64,000 bases of DNA from an uncultured Solirubrobacterales bacterium (GTDB lineage: Bacteria; Actinomycetota; Thermoleophilia; Solirubrobacterales; Solirubrobacteraceae): contig CAVSAY010000016.1 in NCBI GenBank assembly GCA_963725925.1, positions 102,146 to 166,145 of the forward strand. Reading direction: 5' to 3'. The notes under the pieces were generated by a model. It was not told the origin of the DNA. It did not search any database and was given only the letters and a program-made list of their open reading frames with translations. The position numbers and the translations under genes were made by a program. Positions 27,477-36,143 of the stretch are shown one piece after another (the first letter of the stretch is position 1; each line of letters opens with the position of its first letter).

Positions 27477-27681
27477 CACCTCATCCCCCTCCGAACCCTC
27501 ACGCGGAGCGGCGGGGGCCGGAGGAGGGCCGCATGCCGCACCTTTGGGCGCTTGTCGGCTATCCTCGGGCGCTCGCGGGCCCCGTCATCCCCAGGGGCTC
27601 GTTTGATTTTGCGCCCCCGCTCACTCGGCCCCGGAGCGCCGAAGGTACCTGTCGTTCGAATGGAGGCACTGGAGCCCCCGT

Positions 27682-28869
27682 ATGCAAATCCTGGTTCTTG
27701 GCGGTGACGGTTACCTGGGGTGGCCGACCGCGCTACATCTGTCCGCCGCCGGGCATGACGTCGCCGTAAACGACAACTTCGCCCGCCGCGGTTACGACGA
27801 GGAGATGGGCGTCGACAGCCTTGTGCCGATCGCCACGCTCGACGAGCGGATCGCCGCCTGGACGGACGTCAGCGGCAAGACGATCAAGGCCTACGTCGGC
27901 GACCTGTGCGACCCGGACTTCACGCACGCGATGGTCAGCGACTTCCGTCCGCAGGCGATCGTCCACTACGCCGAGCAGCGCGCCGCTCCGTACTCGATGA
28001 TCGACCAGGCCCACGCCGTCTACACGCAGACCAACAACGTCGTCGGCACGCTCAACGTGATGTACGCGATCGCCGACACCGACATCGACATCCACCTCGT
28101 CAAGCTCGGGACGATGGGCGAGTACGGCACGCCCAACATCGACATCGAGGAGGGGTGGATCGAGATCGAGCACAAGGGCCGCAGGGACCGCATGATCTAC
28201 CCCAAGCGCCCGGGCTCCTTCTATCACTGCTCGAAGGTCCACGACAGCACCAACATCGAGTTCGGGTGCCGCACGTGGGGCATGCGCGCCACCGACCTCA
28301 ACCAGGGCGTCGTGTACGGCTCAGACACCGAGCAGACCGCCCTCGACCCCAGGCTCGCGACGCGCTTTGACTACGACGGCGTGTTCGGCACCGTGCTGAA
28401 CCGCATGACGATCCAGGCCGTCCTCGGCCACCCGCTCACCGTCTACGGCAACGGCTCGCAGACGCGCGGGCTGATCAACCTGGTCGACACCGTGGAGTGC
28501 ATCCGCCTCGCCTGCGAGAGCCCCGCCGACCCCGGCGAGTTCCGCGTCTTCAACCAGCTGACCGAGACGATGTCGGTGCGCCAGATCGCCGAGACGATCG
28601 CCCGCGAATACCCGGGCGAGTGCACGATCGAGCACGTCGACAACCCGCGTGTCGAGGCCGAGGACCACTACTACAACGTCACCTACCAGGCGCTGGAGGA
28701 ACTGGGCCTGCAGCCGACGCTGCTCGGGACCACGCTGATCGACCAGCTGTTCGACGTGGTCGAGCGCCACAAGGACCGTGTCGACGTCGCCGCGATCCGG
28801 CCGACCGTCCGCTGGCGCGACACCTCGAGCAAGCTCCACGATCCCTCCGGCGCGCTGGCCAAGGCATGA
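27682..28869 (+). CDS. sqdB: UDP-sulfoquinovose synthase (SqdB/SQD1/Agl3 family)
   Basis: GGDGYLGWPTALHLS, EQRAAPYSM, HLVKLGTMGEYGTPNIDIEEG, SFYHCSKVHDS, TDLNQGVVYG, RFDYDGVFGTVLNR, NPRVEAEDHYYN closely match the SqdB consensus. Confidence 0.92.
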   Translation: MQILVLGGDGYLGWPTALHLSAAGHDVAVNDNFARRGYDEEMGVDSLVPIATLDERIAAWTDVSGKTIKAYVGDLCDPDFTHAMVSDFRPQAIVHYAEQRAAPYSMIDQAHAVYTQTNNVVGTLNVMYAIADTDIDIHLVKLGTMGEYGTPNIDIEEGWIEIEHKGRRDRMIYPKRPGSFYHCSKVHDSTNIEFGCRTWGMRATDLNQGVVYGSDTEQTALDPRLATRFDYDGVFGTVLNRMTIQAVLGHPLTVYGNGSQTRGLINLVDTVECIRLACESPADPGEFRVFNQLTETMSVRQIAETIAREYPGECTIEHVDNPRVEAEDHYYNVTYQALEELGLQPTLLGTTLIDQLFDVVERHKDRVDVAAIRPTVRWRDTSSKLHDPSGALAKA

Positions 28870-29843
28870 GCACCGATCTCACAGGCAAGCGCGTGCTCGT
28901 GACCGGGGGTTCCGGGTTCATCGGTCGCCGTGCGGTCGCCGAGCTCACCGGCGCCGGCGCCTCGGTCCGCGTGATCGACCTGCAGCCGCACCCCGATCCG
29001 TCCGTCGACGTCGTCCAGGGGGATCTGGCGGACGCCGACGTGCTCGCCGCGGCGCTGGAGGGCGGCGTTGACGCCGTCGTCCACCTGGCAGCCGTGACGT
29101 CGGTGCTGCGCTCGCTCGAGCACCCCGAGCTGACCTACCGCACCAATGTGGCCGCCACCGCCGGGCTGCTGGAGGGCGCGCGCGCGGCCGGCGCCAAGGC
29201 GCTTGTGTTCGCGTCGACCAACGCAGTCGTCGGGCCGATGGACGGCCCGGCGATTACCGAAGCCGACAGGCTGCGCCCGCTGACGCCGTACGGCTCGACG
29301 AAGGCTGCGGGCGAGATGCTGATGTCGGCCTACACGGCCTCATATGACCTGCGCTGCACGGCCGTTCGCCTCACCAACGTGTACGGGCCCGGCATGCAGG
29401 CCAAGGACAGCATCGTGGCGCGGCTGATGCGCGCGATCCGCCTCGGCGGGAAGTTCGAGATCTACGGGGACGGCCGCCAGGTTCGCGATTATGTGCACGT
29501 GAGCGACGTGATCGCGGCGATGCGGCTTGGTCTGACGAACGAGCAATGGAGCGGGCCGGTGGTGATCGGCGCGGGCCGGTCGCTGTCGGTGCTCGACGTC
29601 GTCGACGCTGTGCGCGACGTCACCGGCGCCGACATCGATGTGGGTCACGGCCCGGCCAAGGCCGGCGAGATGCCGGCGGTCATCGTCGACAACAGCAAGG
29701 CACGCGCGGCCGGCTGGTCGCCTCAATTCACTTTCGAGGAGGGACTCGTGGGCGTATGGCAGGAGTGGTCGCAGATCGACCACGAAGCGGTGTTGGCGGG
29801 CTCCGGGGCCGTCGGCCTGCCGGGCGCTGGAGCGGTGAAATGA
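28866..29843 (+). CDS. NAD-dependent epimerase/dehydratase (extended SDR)
   Basis: ATG overlaps the sqdB stop; TGGSGFIG, HLAA, PYGSTK, RLTNVYGP, DGRQVRDYVHV. Confidence 0.9.
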   Translation: MSTDLTGKRVLVTGGSGFIGRRAVAELTGAGASVRVIDLQPHPDPSVDVVQGDLADADVLAAALEGGVDAVVHLAAVTSVLRSLEHPELTYRTNVAATAGLLEGARAAGAKALVFASTNAVVGPMDGPAITEADRLRPLTPYGSTKAAGEMLMSAYTASYDLRCTAVRLTNVYGPGMQAKDSIVARLMRAIRLGGKFEIYGDGRQVRDYVHVSDVIAAMRLGLTNEQWSGPVVIGAGRSLSVLDVVDAVRDVTGADIDVGHGPAKAGEMPAVIVDNSKARAAGWSPQFTFEEGLVGVWQEWSQIDHEAVLAGSGAVGLPGAGAVK

Positions 29844-30722
29844 GCCTCGCACGCCAGCAGCGCCAGGAGCACGTGGCCGCGCCCGCCAAGCCGTTCGACG
29901 TCGACGCCGAGATCGCCGCGCTCGAGCCCGGAGAGCGCGACGCCGCAGCGCGAGTTCCTGGCGACGTATGCGCCCGGTGCCGGCGCGCCGCTCGCGATCG
30001 TGATCCCCGCCTACAACGAGGCGCCCACCGTCGCCGAGGTGATCGCCGAGATCCCGGGAGAAGCCGCGGGCCTCGCAACCGAGGTGATCGTCGTCGTCGA
30101 CGGCTCCAAGGACGCCACCGCGACGGAGGCTCGCAAGGCCGGCGCGCTGGTCTGCGACGTCCCGGTCAACCGGGGACAGGGCGCGGCGCTGCGGCTCGGC
30201 TACTGGCTGGCCAGGGCGCGCGGATCGCGGATCATCGCCACGATCGACGCCGACGGCCAGTACGAGCCCGAGGAGCTTGGCCGCGTCGTGCAGCCGATCC
30301 TCGACAACCGCGCCGACTTCGTGTCGGGCTCCCGCCGCCTTGGCGCCGAGCTGACCACCGACAAGGTCCGGCATCTCGGCGTGCTCGTGTTCGGCGCGCT
30401 GATCAGCGTGATCGTCCGCCATCGGATCACCGACCCGGCGTGCGGCATCAGGGCGATGCGCTCTGAGGTCACCGGAGCGGTGACGCTCGAGCAGCGCCAG
30501 TATCAGGCGTCCGAGCTGATGATCAGCGCGGCGCTGAACGGCTACCGGCTGGGCGAGGTCCCGACCACGATGCGCGACCGCGGCAAGCACGCGACCGGCA
30601 CCAAGAAGGGCGGGAACTTCGGCTACGGAGTGCGGTTCGCGCGAGCCGCCATCCACACCTGGCGACGCGACCGCAACGCGGCGCGCAACCGGCTGCGGCC
30701 CGAGAAGATCCAGCGCTCGTAG
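29840..30722 (+). pseudogene. DPM1-like (polyprenol-phosphate) glycosyltransferase family 2, frameshift at ~29950 between the N-terminal extension and the catalytic domain
   Basis: ATG 29840 overlaps the upstream stop (MSLARQQ...). The frame changes in GCGCGAG, then IVIPAYNE, VVDGSKD, NRGQGAA, DADGQY, GSRR, DPACGIRA. Confidence 0.8.
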
Positions 30723-31138
30723 AGGAAGAAGCGCAGGGCGTACAGCAGGGCCAGCACGGCGAAGTACGAGCCCGTCACGAGGATCACGCGAAGGCCGTGG
30801 CCTGCGGGAATTCCCTGCACGTGACGGTGCGTCCAGCCGGTGGCAAGCGACAGCGCGACCAGCGTCGACGCCGAGACGATCACGTAAGCCACGATCTCGC
30901 GGCCGAACGCGACGCGGCCCTCGACCTTCCAGGTCCACTTGCGGTTCATCGTCCAGTTCGGAATCGCGCCGGCAACGAATGCCGTGATCGAGCAGACGGT
31001 GGTGGAGAGGCCCATCACGTACAGGACCGCGAACACGATCGCGCTGGTGGTGGCAGCGACGACCGAGGCGATCGCGAAGCGGGCGATGCGCCGATTGAGG
31101 ATCTCGTGGCGCAGGCGATCGATGCGTTCAGCGAACAC
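30623..31138 (-). CDS. GtrA family membrane protein
   Basis: Four TM helices; RFAIASV, NWTMNRKWTWK, RFFLYERWIF. Confidence 0.83.
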   Translation of the reverse strand: MFAERIDRLRHEILNRRIARFAIASVVAATTSAIVFAVLYVMGLSTTVCSITAFVAGAIPNWTMNRKWTWKVEGRVAFGREIVAYVIVSASTLVALSLATGWTHRHVQGIPAGHGLRVILVTGSYFAVLALLYALRFFLYERWIFSGRSRLRAALRSRRQVWMAARANRTP

Positions 31139-31196
31139 TTGGTGCCAATCCTAGCGAGAGAGGCGGTGCCGGAGCGCCCGGTAGCGTCTGGGCTTT

Positions 31197-32090
31197 ATGC
31201 GAATCGAACGTGCCGACGGCGATTTGGCCCTCACCGACGACCTCCTCATCTTCGGGGACAACTCGACTGTGCTCGAGGCGCTCCCGGAGGCGACGTTCGA
31301 CCTCGTCTACCTGGATCCTCCGTTCAACACGGGACGAACGCAATCGCGGCGCACCCTGAAGGTGGTCACCGACGAGGACGGCGACCGCGTGGGCTTCGGC
31401 GGCAAGCGCTACAGCTCGCGGCTGCTGCAGACGCTGAGCTATGACGACGCATTCGCCGACTACCTGGGATTCCTGGAGCCCCGCGTGCGCCGCGCCCGCG
31501 ATCTGCTGGCGCCGCACGGGACCCTGTACTTCCACATCGACTACCGCGAGGCGCACTACTGCAAGCTGCTGCTCGACGAGGTGTTCGGCCGCGACGCTTT
31601 CCTCAACGAGCTGATCTGGACCTACGACTACGGCGCCAAGCCGCGCCGGCGCTGGCCTGCCAAGCACGACACGATCCTGGTCTACGTGCGCACGCCCGGG
31701 GCGCACCACTTCGACGCCGACGCCGTCGAGCGCGAGCCCTACATGGCGCCGGGCCTCGTGAGCGCCGAGAAGGCCGCGCGCGGCAAGCGGCCGACCGACG
31801 TGTGGTTTCACACGATCGTGCCCACCAACAGCCGCGAGAAGACCGGCTACCCGACGCAGAAGCCAGAAGGGGTGCTGCGCCGGATCGTGGCCGCGTCGTC
31901 GCGGCCGGGCGGCTGGTGCCTCGATCCGTTCGCGGGCTCCGGCACGCTCGGGGCTGTTTGTCAGGGGCTTGGCAGGCGGTTCGTGCTGGTCGACTCAAAC
32001 CCGGTGGCGATCGACGTGACGCGCGAGCGCCTCGCCCCGGCTAGCCCGGGCCCGGAACAAGCGGCACGAAGCGCACCGGCTCGAGCTTGA
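31197..32090 (+). CDS. Orphan DNA amino-methyltransferase (N4-C/N6-A, beta-class motif order)
   Basis: LDPPF (motif IV) precedes YPTQKP and LDPFAGSGT (motif I); no restriction endonuclease adjacent. Confidence 0.92.
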   Translation: MRIERADGDLALTDDLLIFGDNSTVLEALPEATFDLVYLDPPFNTGRTQSRRTLKVVTDEDGDRVGFGGKRYSSRLLQTLSYDDAFADYLGFLEPRVRRARDLLAPHGTLYFHIDYREAHYCKLLLDEVFGRDAFLNELIWTYDYGAKPRRRWPAKHDTILVYVRTPGAHHFDADAVEREPYMAPGLVSAEKAARGKRPTDVWFHTIVPTNSREKTGYPTQKPEGVLRRIVAASSRPGGWCLDPFAGSGTLGAVCQGLGRRFVLVDSNPVAIDVTRERLAPASPGPEQAARSAPARA

Positions 32091-32628
32091 AGCGCACGAT
32101 CCCGTCGGGCGTGCGCCGCGACAGCATCAGGTGCTGATCGGATTCGCCGACGGGCACCACCAGCCGCCCGCCCGGCGCGAGCTGGTGCTCGAGCGTCTCG
32201 GCCACGGACTCGCCGGCGGCCGCGGCGACGTTGATCGCATCGAACGGTGCCTGCGAGGCAAGCCCCTGATAGCCGTCGCCGACCTCGAACGTGATGTTGT
32301 CGATGCCGAGGCTCGCGATCGCCTCCTGCGCGGCGGTGCTCAGCTTCGGGTGGCGCTCGATCGTCCACACGTGCCGGGCCAGCCGCGCCAGCAGCGCCGC
32401 GTGGTAGCCCGACCCGGTGCCGATGTCGAGCACCCGGTCGTCGGGCTGCAACTGGAGCGTCTCGAGCATCCTGGCGACCACCAGCGGCTGGGAGATGGTC
32501 TGGCCGCAGGCGATCGGCAGCGCGACGTTCTCGTACGCCCGCGATCGCTGGGCCAGCGGCACGAATCGCTCGCGGGGCATCGCGGCGATCGCGCCGAGCA
32601 CTCGCTCGTCTCCCACGGCCGACCGCAA
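32041..32628 (-). CDS. pcm: Protein-L-isoaspartate O-methyltransferase (true start possibly ATG 32665 with a 1-nt indel near 32650)
   Basis: QTISQP, VLDIGTGSGYHAA, APFDAI..AAA, QLAPGGRLVVPVG, VRFVPL. Confidence 0.92.
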   Translation of the reverse strand: MRSAVGDERVLGAIAAMPRERFVPLAQRSRAYENVALPIACGQTISQPLVVARMLETLQLQPDDRVLDIGTGSGYHAALLARLARHVWTIERHPKLSTAAQEAIASLGIDNITFEVGDGYQGLASQAPFDAINVAAAAGESVAETLEHQLAPGGRLVVPVGESDQHLMLSRRTPDGIVRFKLEPVRFVPLVPGPG

Positions 32629-32698
32629 CCGGACGGCGAGGGCGGCTGCTTGCGGCCGGGCCCATGTCAGGGGATTGTGCCCGCTTTGCGGCTCGCGG

Positions 32699-33373
32699 CT
32701 ACATATCCGCGGTGCCGAGTGCGCCGGTGACCGCTGCCAGGAACCGCGCCGCCTGAGCGCCGTAGACGATCCGGTGATCGCAGGCGAGCGTGATCGCCAT
32801 CAGGTGGCCGGGGTGGATCGCGCCGTCGCGGACGACGGGAGCCTCGCGGATCGCGCCGGCGGCGAGCGCGGCGGCCTGCGGCGAGCTGACGACGATCGTC
32901 GAGGCTGGGACGCCGAGCGCGCCAACGTAGGACAGCGTGAACGTCGCTCCGGCGTAGGCCGGCGGTTCGAGCTTGCCCGCCCGCGCGGCCTCCGTGACGC
33001 GCTCGATCTCGTCGGTCAGCTCGGCGAGCGACTTCTGGTCGGCGTCGAACACCGTCGGGATCAGGTACGAATGCTCGTCGGCGACGACGATCCCGATGTT
33101 CACCCGCGAGTACAGCTCGAAGCGGCCGTCCCGGTAGGCGCCGTTGGCGCGCGGCACCGCTCTGAGCGCAAGCGCGCAGGACCGCATCAGGATCGCGGGG
33201 ATCGAGTGAGCCTGCGAGTCGCGGAGCTCCAGCGCGTGGCCCATGTCGACATCCGCCCGGAGCTCCAGATCGGGCACCGTCGCCCGGGCCTCGGCGGCGC
33301 GCCGCGCGATCGCGCGCTCGGCGGCAGTCGGCTGCTCGATTCGGGTCTCGCCCTTGGCGCCGGAAGCACTCAC
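32699..33373 (-). CDS. 2-oxo-acid dehydrogenase E2 acyltransferase, catalytic domain only
   Basis: IARRAAEARATVP, VNIGIVV, FTLSYVG, TLACDHRIVYGA; no lipoyl or subunit-binding domain. Confidence 0.82.
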   Translation of the reverse strand: MSASGAKGETRIEQPTAAERAIARRAAEARATVPDLELRADVDMGHALELRDSQAHSIPAILMRSCALALRAVPRANGAYRDGRFELYSRVNIGIVVADEHSYLIPTVFDADQKSLAELTDEIERVTEAARAGKLEPPAYAGATFTLSYVGALGVPASTIVVSSPQAAALAAGAIREAPVVRDGAIHPGHLMAITLACDHRIVYGAQAARFLAAVTGALGTADM

Positions 33374-33621
33374 AGCAGGTCCTCGAGGTCGAGCCCGCCC
33401 CAGGTCGGGATGAACTCATCGGCGTCGAGGTTGATGAGGTCGTTGCGCAGCAGCTTGAGGAGCTTCGCCGCCTGCTTGGCGGGGAGCTCCCAGTACAGGA
33501 TCACCTCGCCGTCGTCGAGCGAGACGACCTCGACCCGATCCAGGCGGTGGCGGTCGGCCATGAACGCCGGCTCGAGCCCGCCGCGCGACACGATCAGCTC
33601 AAACCGCCGGTTGGCCTTCAC
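33370..33621 (-). CDS. Small hypothetical protein (83 aa)
   Basis: GTG start overlaps the DsbA-like stop; its own stop overlaps the E2 start. MKANRRFELIVSRGGLEPAFMADRHRLDRVEVVS..., translationally coupled on both sides. Confidence 0.7.
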   Translation of the reverse strand: MKANRRFELIVSRGGLEPAFMADRHRLDRVEVVSLDDGEVILYWELPAKQAAKLLKLLRNDLINLDADEFIPTWGGLDLEDLL

Positions 33622-34208
33622 TGCGACGTCCCCGCTTGCGCGCCGAGAGCCTCGGCGGCTTCCTCGAGCTCTGTGAACGTGCGACCCCCGACGCCGATCG
33701 CGGGCAGCTGCGTGACACCCGCGGCCCGCGCCCGGGCGGCTGCCTGCTCCAGCCCGGTGGTCACCGACCGCAGCCCGATGCCCTTCAGCACCGCGCTGGG
33801 GTGCATCTCGCAGGCGGCAGCCGCGATCAGCACCGTGCTCTCGTCGCCGAGGTCGCGGCCCCCGGCAAACGCCTGGCGAAAGCAGGCCAGCGAGAACGCC
33901 ACCGCGCGGCCGATGTGCTTCGCGTAGGTCGCGGCCAGCGCCGCCGTCCGGGCTTCCGGAGGCCACTGCCGCGGCCAGCGCAGCGGCTGCATCCGGCGCT
34001 CGTCGACGACGCGCTCGAGCGCCTCGCGATCGGGCTCGGGCTCTTGAATGCCCAGGTCCGCCGCGAGCACCGGCTCCCACTCCGGAACGACAGGCAGGTC
34101 GGCCATGATCCGCTCGGCGAGCAGATAACAGCGAGGGCTGCCCAGGTCGTAGTAGAAGACCGGCTGGCTCGGTGCTTGCGACAGCACTTCCGCGAGAGGC
34201 GGCGGCAC
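33618..34208 (-). CDS. DsbA / 2-hydroxychromene-2-carboxylate isomerase (GST-kappa-like) family protein
   Basis: FYYDLGSPRCYL, WEPV, AFAGGRDL, GVTQLPAI thioredoxin-like pattern. Confidence 0.8.
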   Translation of the reverse strand: MPPPLAEVLSQAPSQPVFYYDLGSPRCYLLAERIMADLPVVPEWEPVLAADLGIQEPEPDREALERVVDERRMQPLRWPRQWPPEARTAALAATYAKHIGRAVAFSLACFRQAFAGGRDLGDESTVLIAAAACEMHPSAVLKGIGLRSVTTGLEQAAARARAAGVTQLPAIGVGGRTFTELEEAAEALGAQAGTSQ

Positions 34209-34214
34209 CGCCGC

Positions 34215-35585
34215 TCAGCCGTGAATCAGCCAGCCGTCGGCGGCGCGTGCCGCCTCCATGACCGCTTCGGACAGTGTCGGGTGGCCGTGGATCGTGCGCG
34301 CGATCTCGGGATAGCCGCCTTCCAGCAGCCGCGTGTTGACCAACTCCTGGATCAGCTCGGTCGCCTTGGCGCCGACGATGTGCCCACCAAGCAACTCGCC
34401 GTACTTCTTGTCGCCGACGATCTTGATCATCCCGGTGCGGTCGCCGTACACGGTCCCGGCGCCAACCGCGCCGTACTGGACCTTGCCGACGGTCACATCG
34501 TGCCCCTGCTCGCGCGCCTGGGCCTCGGTGAGTCCGAAGCTGGCGACGTTCGGGGTGCAGAAGGTGGCGCGCGGGATGTCGATGTACTCGATCGGGTGGG
34601 TCTCCAGACCGGCGGCGTCCTCGACCGCGATCACGCCCTCGTCTGACGCCTTGTGGGCGAGCGCGGGACCGTGCACGAGGTCGCCGATCGCGTAGATGCC
34701 GGCGGCGCTCGTGCGCATCGCGCCGTCCACCTCGATCAGTCCGCTGTCCTCGAGCTTGACCCCGGCCGCCTCCAGTCCGAGCGCCTCGATGTCGGGTCCG
34801 CGTCCGGCGGCGATCACCAGCCAGTCGACGCTCCCGGACTCCTCGCCGTGGGTGAACGTGACGCCGCTGTCGCTCGATTGCACGTCCTTGACCAGCGTCC
34901 CGGTGTGGACCTCGATTCCCTGCTTCTTGAAGCCGCGCTCGGCGAGCTTGGAGACGTCGGCGTCCTCGGTCGGGAGCACGCGGTCCAGCGCCTCGAACAG
35001 GTGGACCTCGACTCCGAGGCGGGCGTATCCCGAGGCGATCTCGGCGCCCGATGCGCCGGCGCCGACGACGGCCATGCTCTTGGGCAGCTCTGCGAGCGCC
35101 CAGGCCTCCTCGGTGCCGATCACGCGGCCGCCGAACTCGGTGCCGGGAATCGGCCGCTTCACCGACCCGGTCGCCAGCAGGATCGTCTTGGCCGCGATCT
35201 GGTCGCCGTTGACCGTGATCGAGCCGTTGCCGACCAGCGACGCCTCGCCCTCGATCAGGTCGATCTTGTTCTTCTTGAACAGGCCCGAGACGCCACCTAC
35301 CAATGTGGAGATCACCTTCTCGCGCCGGGCGCTGACCGCGTCGTAGTCGACCTCGGGCTCGGCCACCTTGATCCCGAACTCGCCGGCTTCGCGAACCTCG
35401 GTCAAAACGTCGGCGACGCGCAGCACGGCCTTGGCGGGGATGCACGCGTAGTTCAGACAGCGCCCACCGACGCGGTCCTTCTCCACCACGGCGGTCTTCA
35501 TCCCCAGCTGGGCGGCGCGGATCGCGGCGACGTAGCCGCCCGGACCCGAGCCGATCACGATGCAGTCATACGACGATTCGGCCAT
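34215..35585 (-). CDS. lpdA: Dihydrolipoamide dehydrogenase
   Basis: IGSGPGGYVAAIRAAQLG, GGRCLNYACIP redox disulfide, LAHKAS, HPTLSE. Confidence 0.96.
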   Translation of the reverse strand: MAESSYDCIVIGSGPGGYVAAIRAAQLGMKTAVVEKDRVGGRCLNYACIPAKAVLRVADVLTEVREAGEFGIKVAEPEVDYDAVSARREKVISTLVGGVSGLFKKNKIDLIEGEASLVGNGSITVNGDQIAAKTILLATGSVKRPIPGTEFGGRVIGTEEAWALAELPKSMAVVGAGASGAEIASGYARLGVEVHLFEALDRVLPTEDADVSKLAERGFKKQGIEVHTGTLVKDVQSSDSGVTFTHGEESGSVDWLVIAAGRGPDIEALGLEAAGVKLEDSGLIEVDGAMRTSAAGIYAIGDLVHGPALAHKASDEGVIAVEDAAGLETHPIEYIDIPRATFCTPNVASFGLTEAQAREQGHDVTVGKVQYGAVGAGTVYGDRTGMIKIVGDKKYGELLGGHIVGAKATELIQELVNTRLLEGGYPEIARTIHGHPTLSEAVMEAARAADGWLIHG

Positions 35586-35615
35586 GTATGTGAGCCTAGC
35601 GTTTGCGCTTGGACG

Positions 35616-36143
35616 TCAGCGGCCCGGGTACTGCGGCAGTTGCAGGCGGCTCAGGACCCTGACGAGCTTGAAGAACAACAGGCCCGTGATGCACACGCCG
35701 CCGATCGCGATCGCGAAGCCGAGCACGCTCGATGCCTTGATCAACGCGAACGAGAAGAACAGCAGCAGCAGCGCCATCAGCGCCATGAACCCGAGCACCG
35801 CCCAGTAGCGCATCATCCACATCCCGGTGGCGCACGCGAACATCAGCCCGGCGAACACGATCGTCGAGCCGAAGGCGGGGCGAGTGTCGGCCACGTGCAG
35901 CTTCACGCCGCCCAGGTAGAGGCCGAGCTGGACCGCGCCGGTCAGGAACGCCAGCAACGCACCGACCTTGATCACCCACGGACGCTCACCGGGCGCGAAG
36001 GGCTGGAGCGTCGCACGGACGGCCGCGTTGCGCTGCTCCGCCGTCGGCCTGCGCCCCGCCTCGGGACGCGGCGGGCGTTCTGCGGTCGCGGTGGTTGCCG
36101 CGGGCTTCTGGCGCTGCCCGCGCTTGCGGCTACGTTGACCCAA
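35616..36143 (-). CDS. Hypothetical membrane protein
   Basis: Basic N-terminus and four hydrophobic helices; overlaps the thiE stop. Confidence 0.75.
   Translation of the reverse strand: MGQRSRKRGQRQKPAATTATAERPPRPEAGRRPTAEQRNAAVRATLQPFAPGERPWVIKVGALLAFLTGAVQLGLYLGGVKLHVADTRPAFGSTIVFAGLMFACATGMWMMRYWAVLGFMALMALLLLFFSFALIKASSVLGFAIAIGGVCITGLLFFKLVRVLSRLQLPQYPGR

Noticed and set aside
27335-27681. Housekeeping ncRNA (RNase P, SRP, tmRNA) or tRNA
   Set aside because: Signature motifs (GAGGAAAGTCC, the GGAAGG SRP loop, tRNA-like ends) were not found.
31197-32090. Restriction-modification or defence island
   Set aside because: No nuclease, integrase or compositional shift nearby; the neighbours are housekeeping genes.
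33622-35445. Upstream part of the 691-aa ORF 33370-35445
   Set aside because: Alternative frame of lpdA and the DsbA-like gene. Only the last 83 codons, from the coupled GTG at 33621, look like a real protein.
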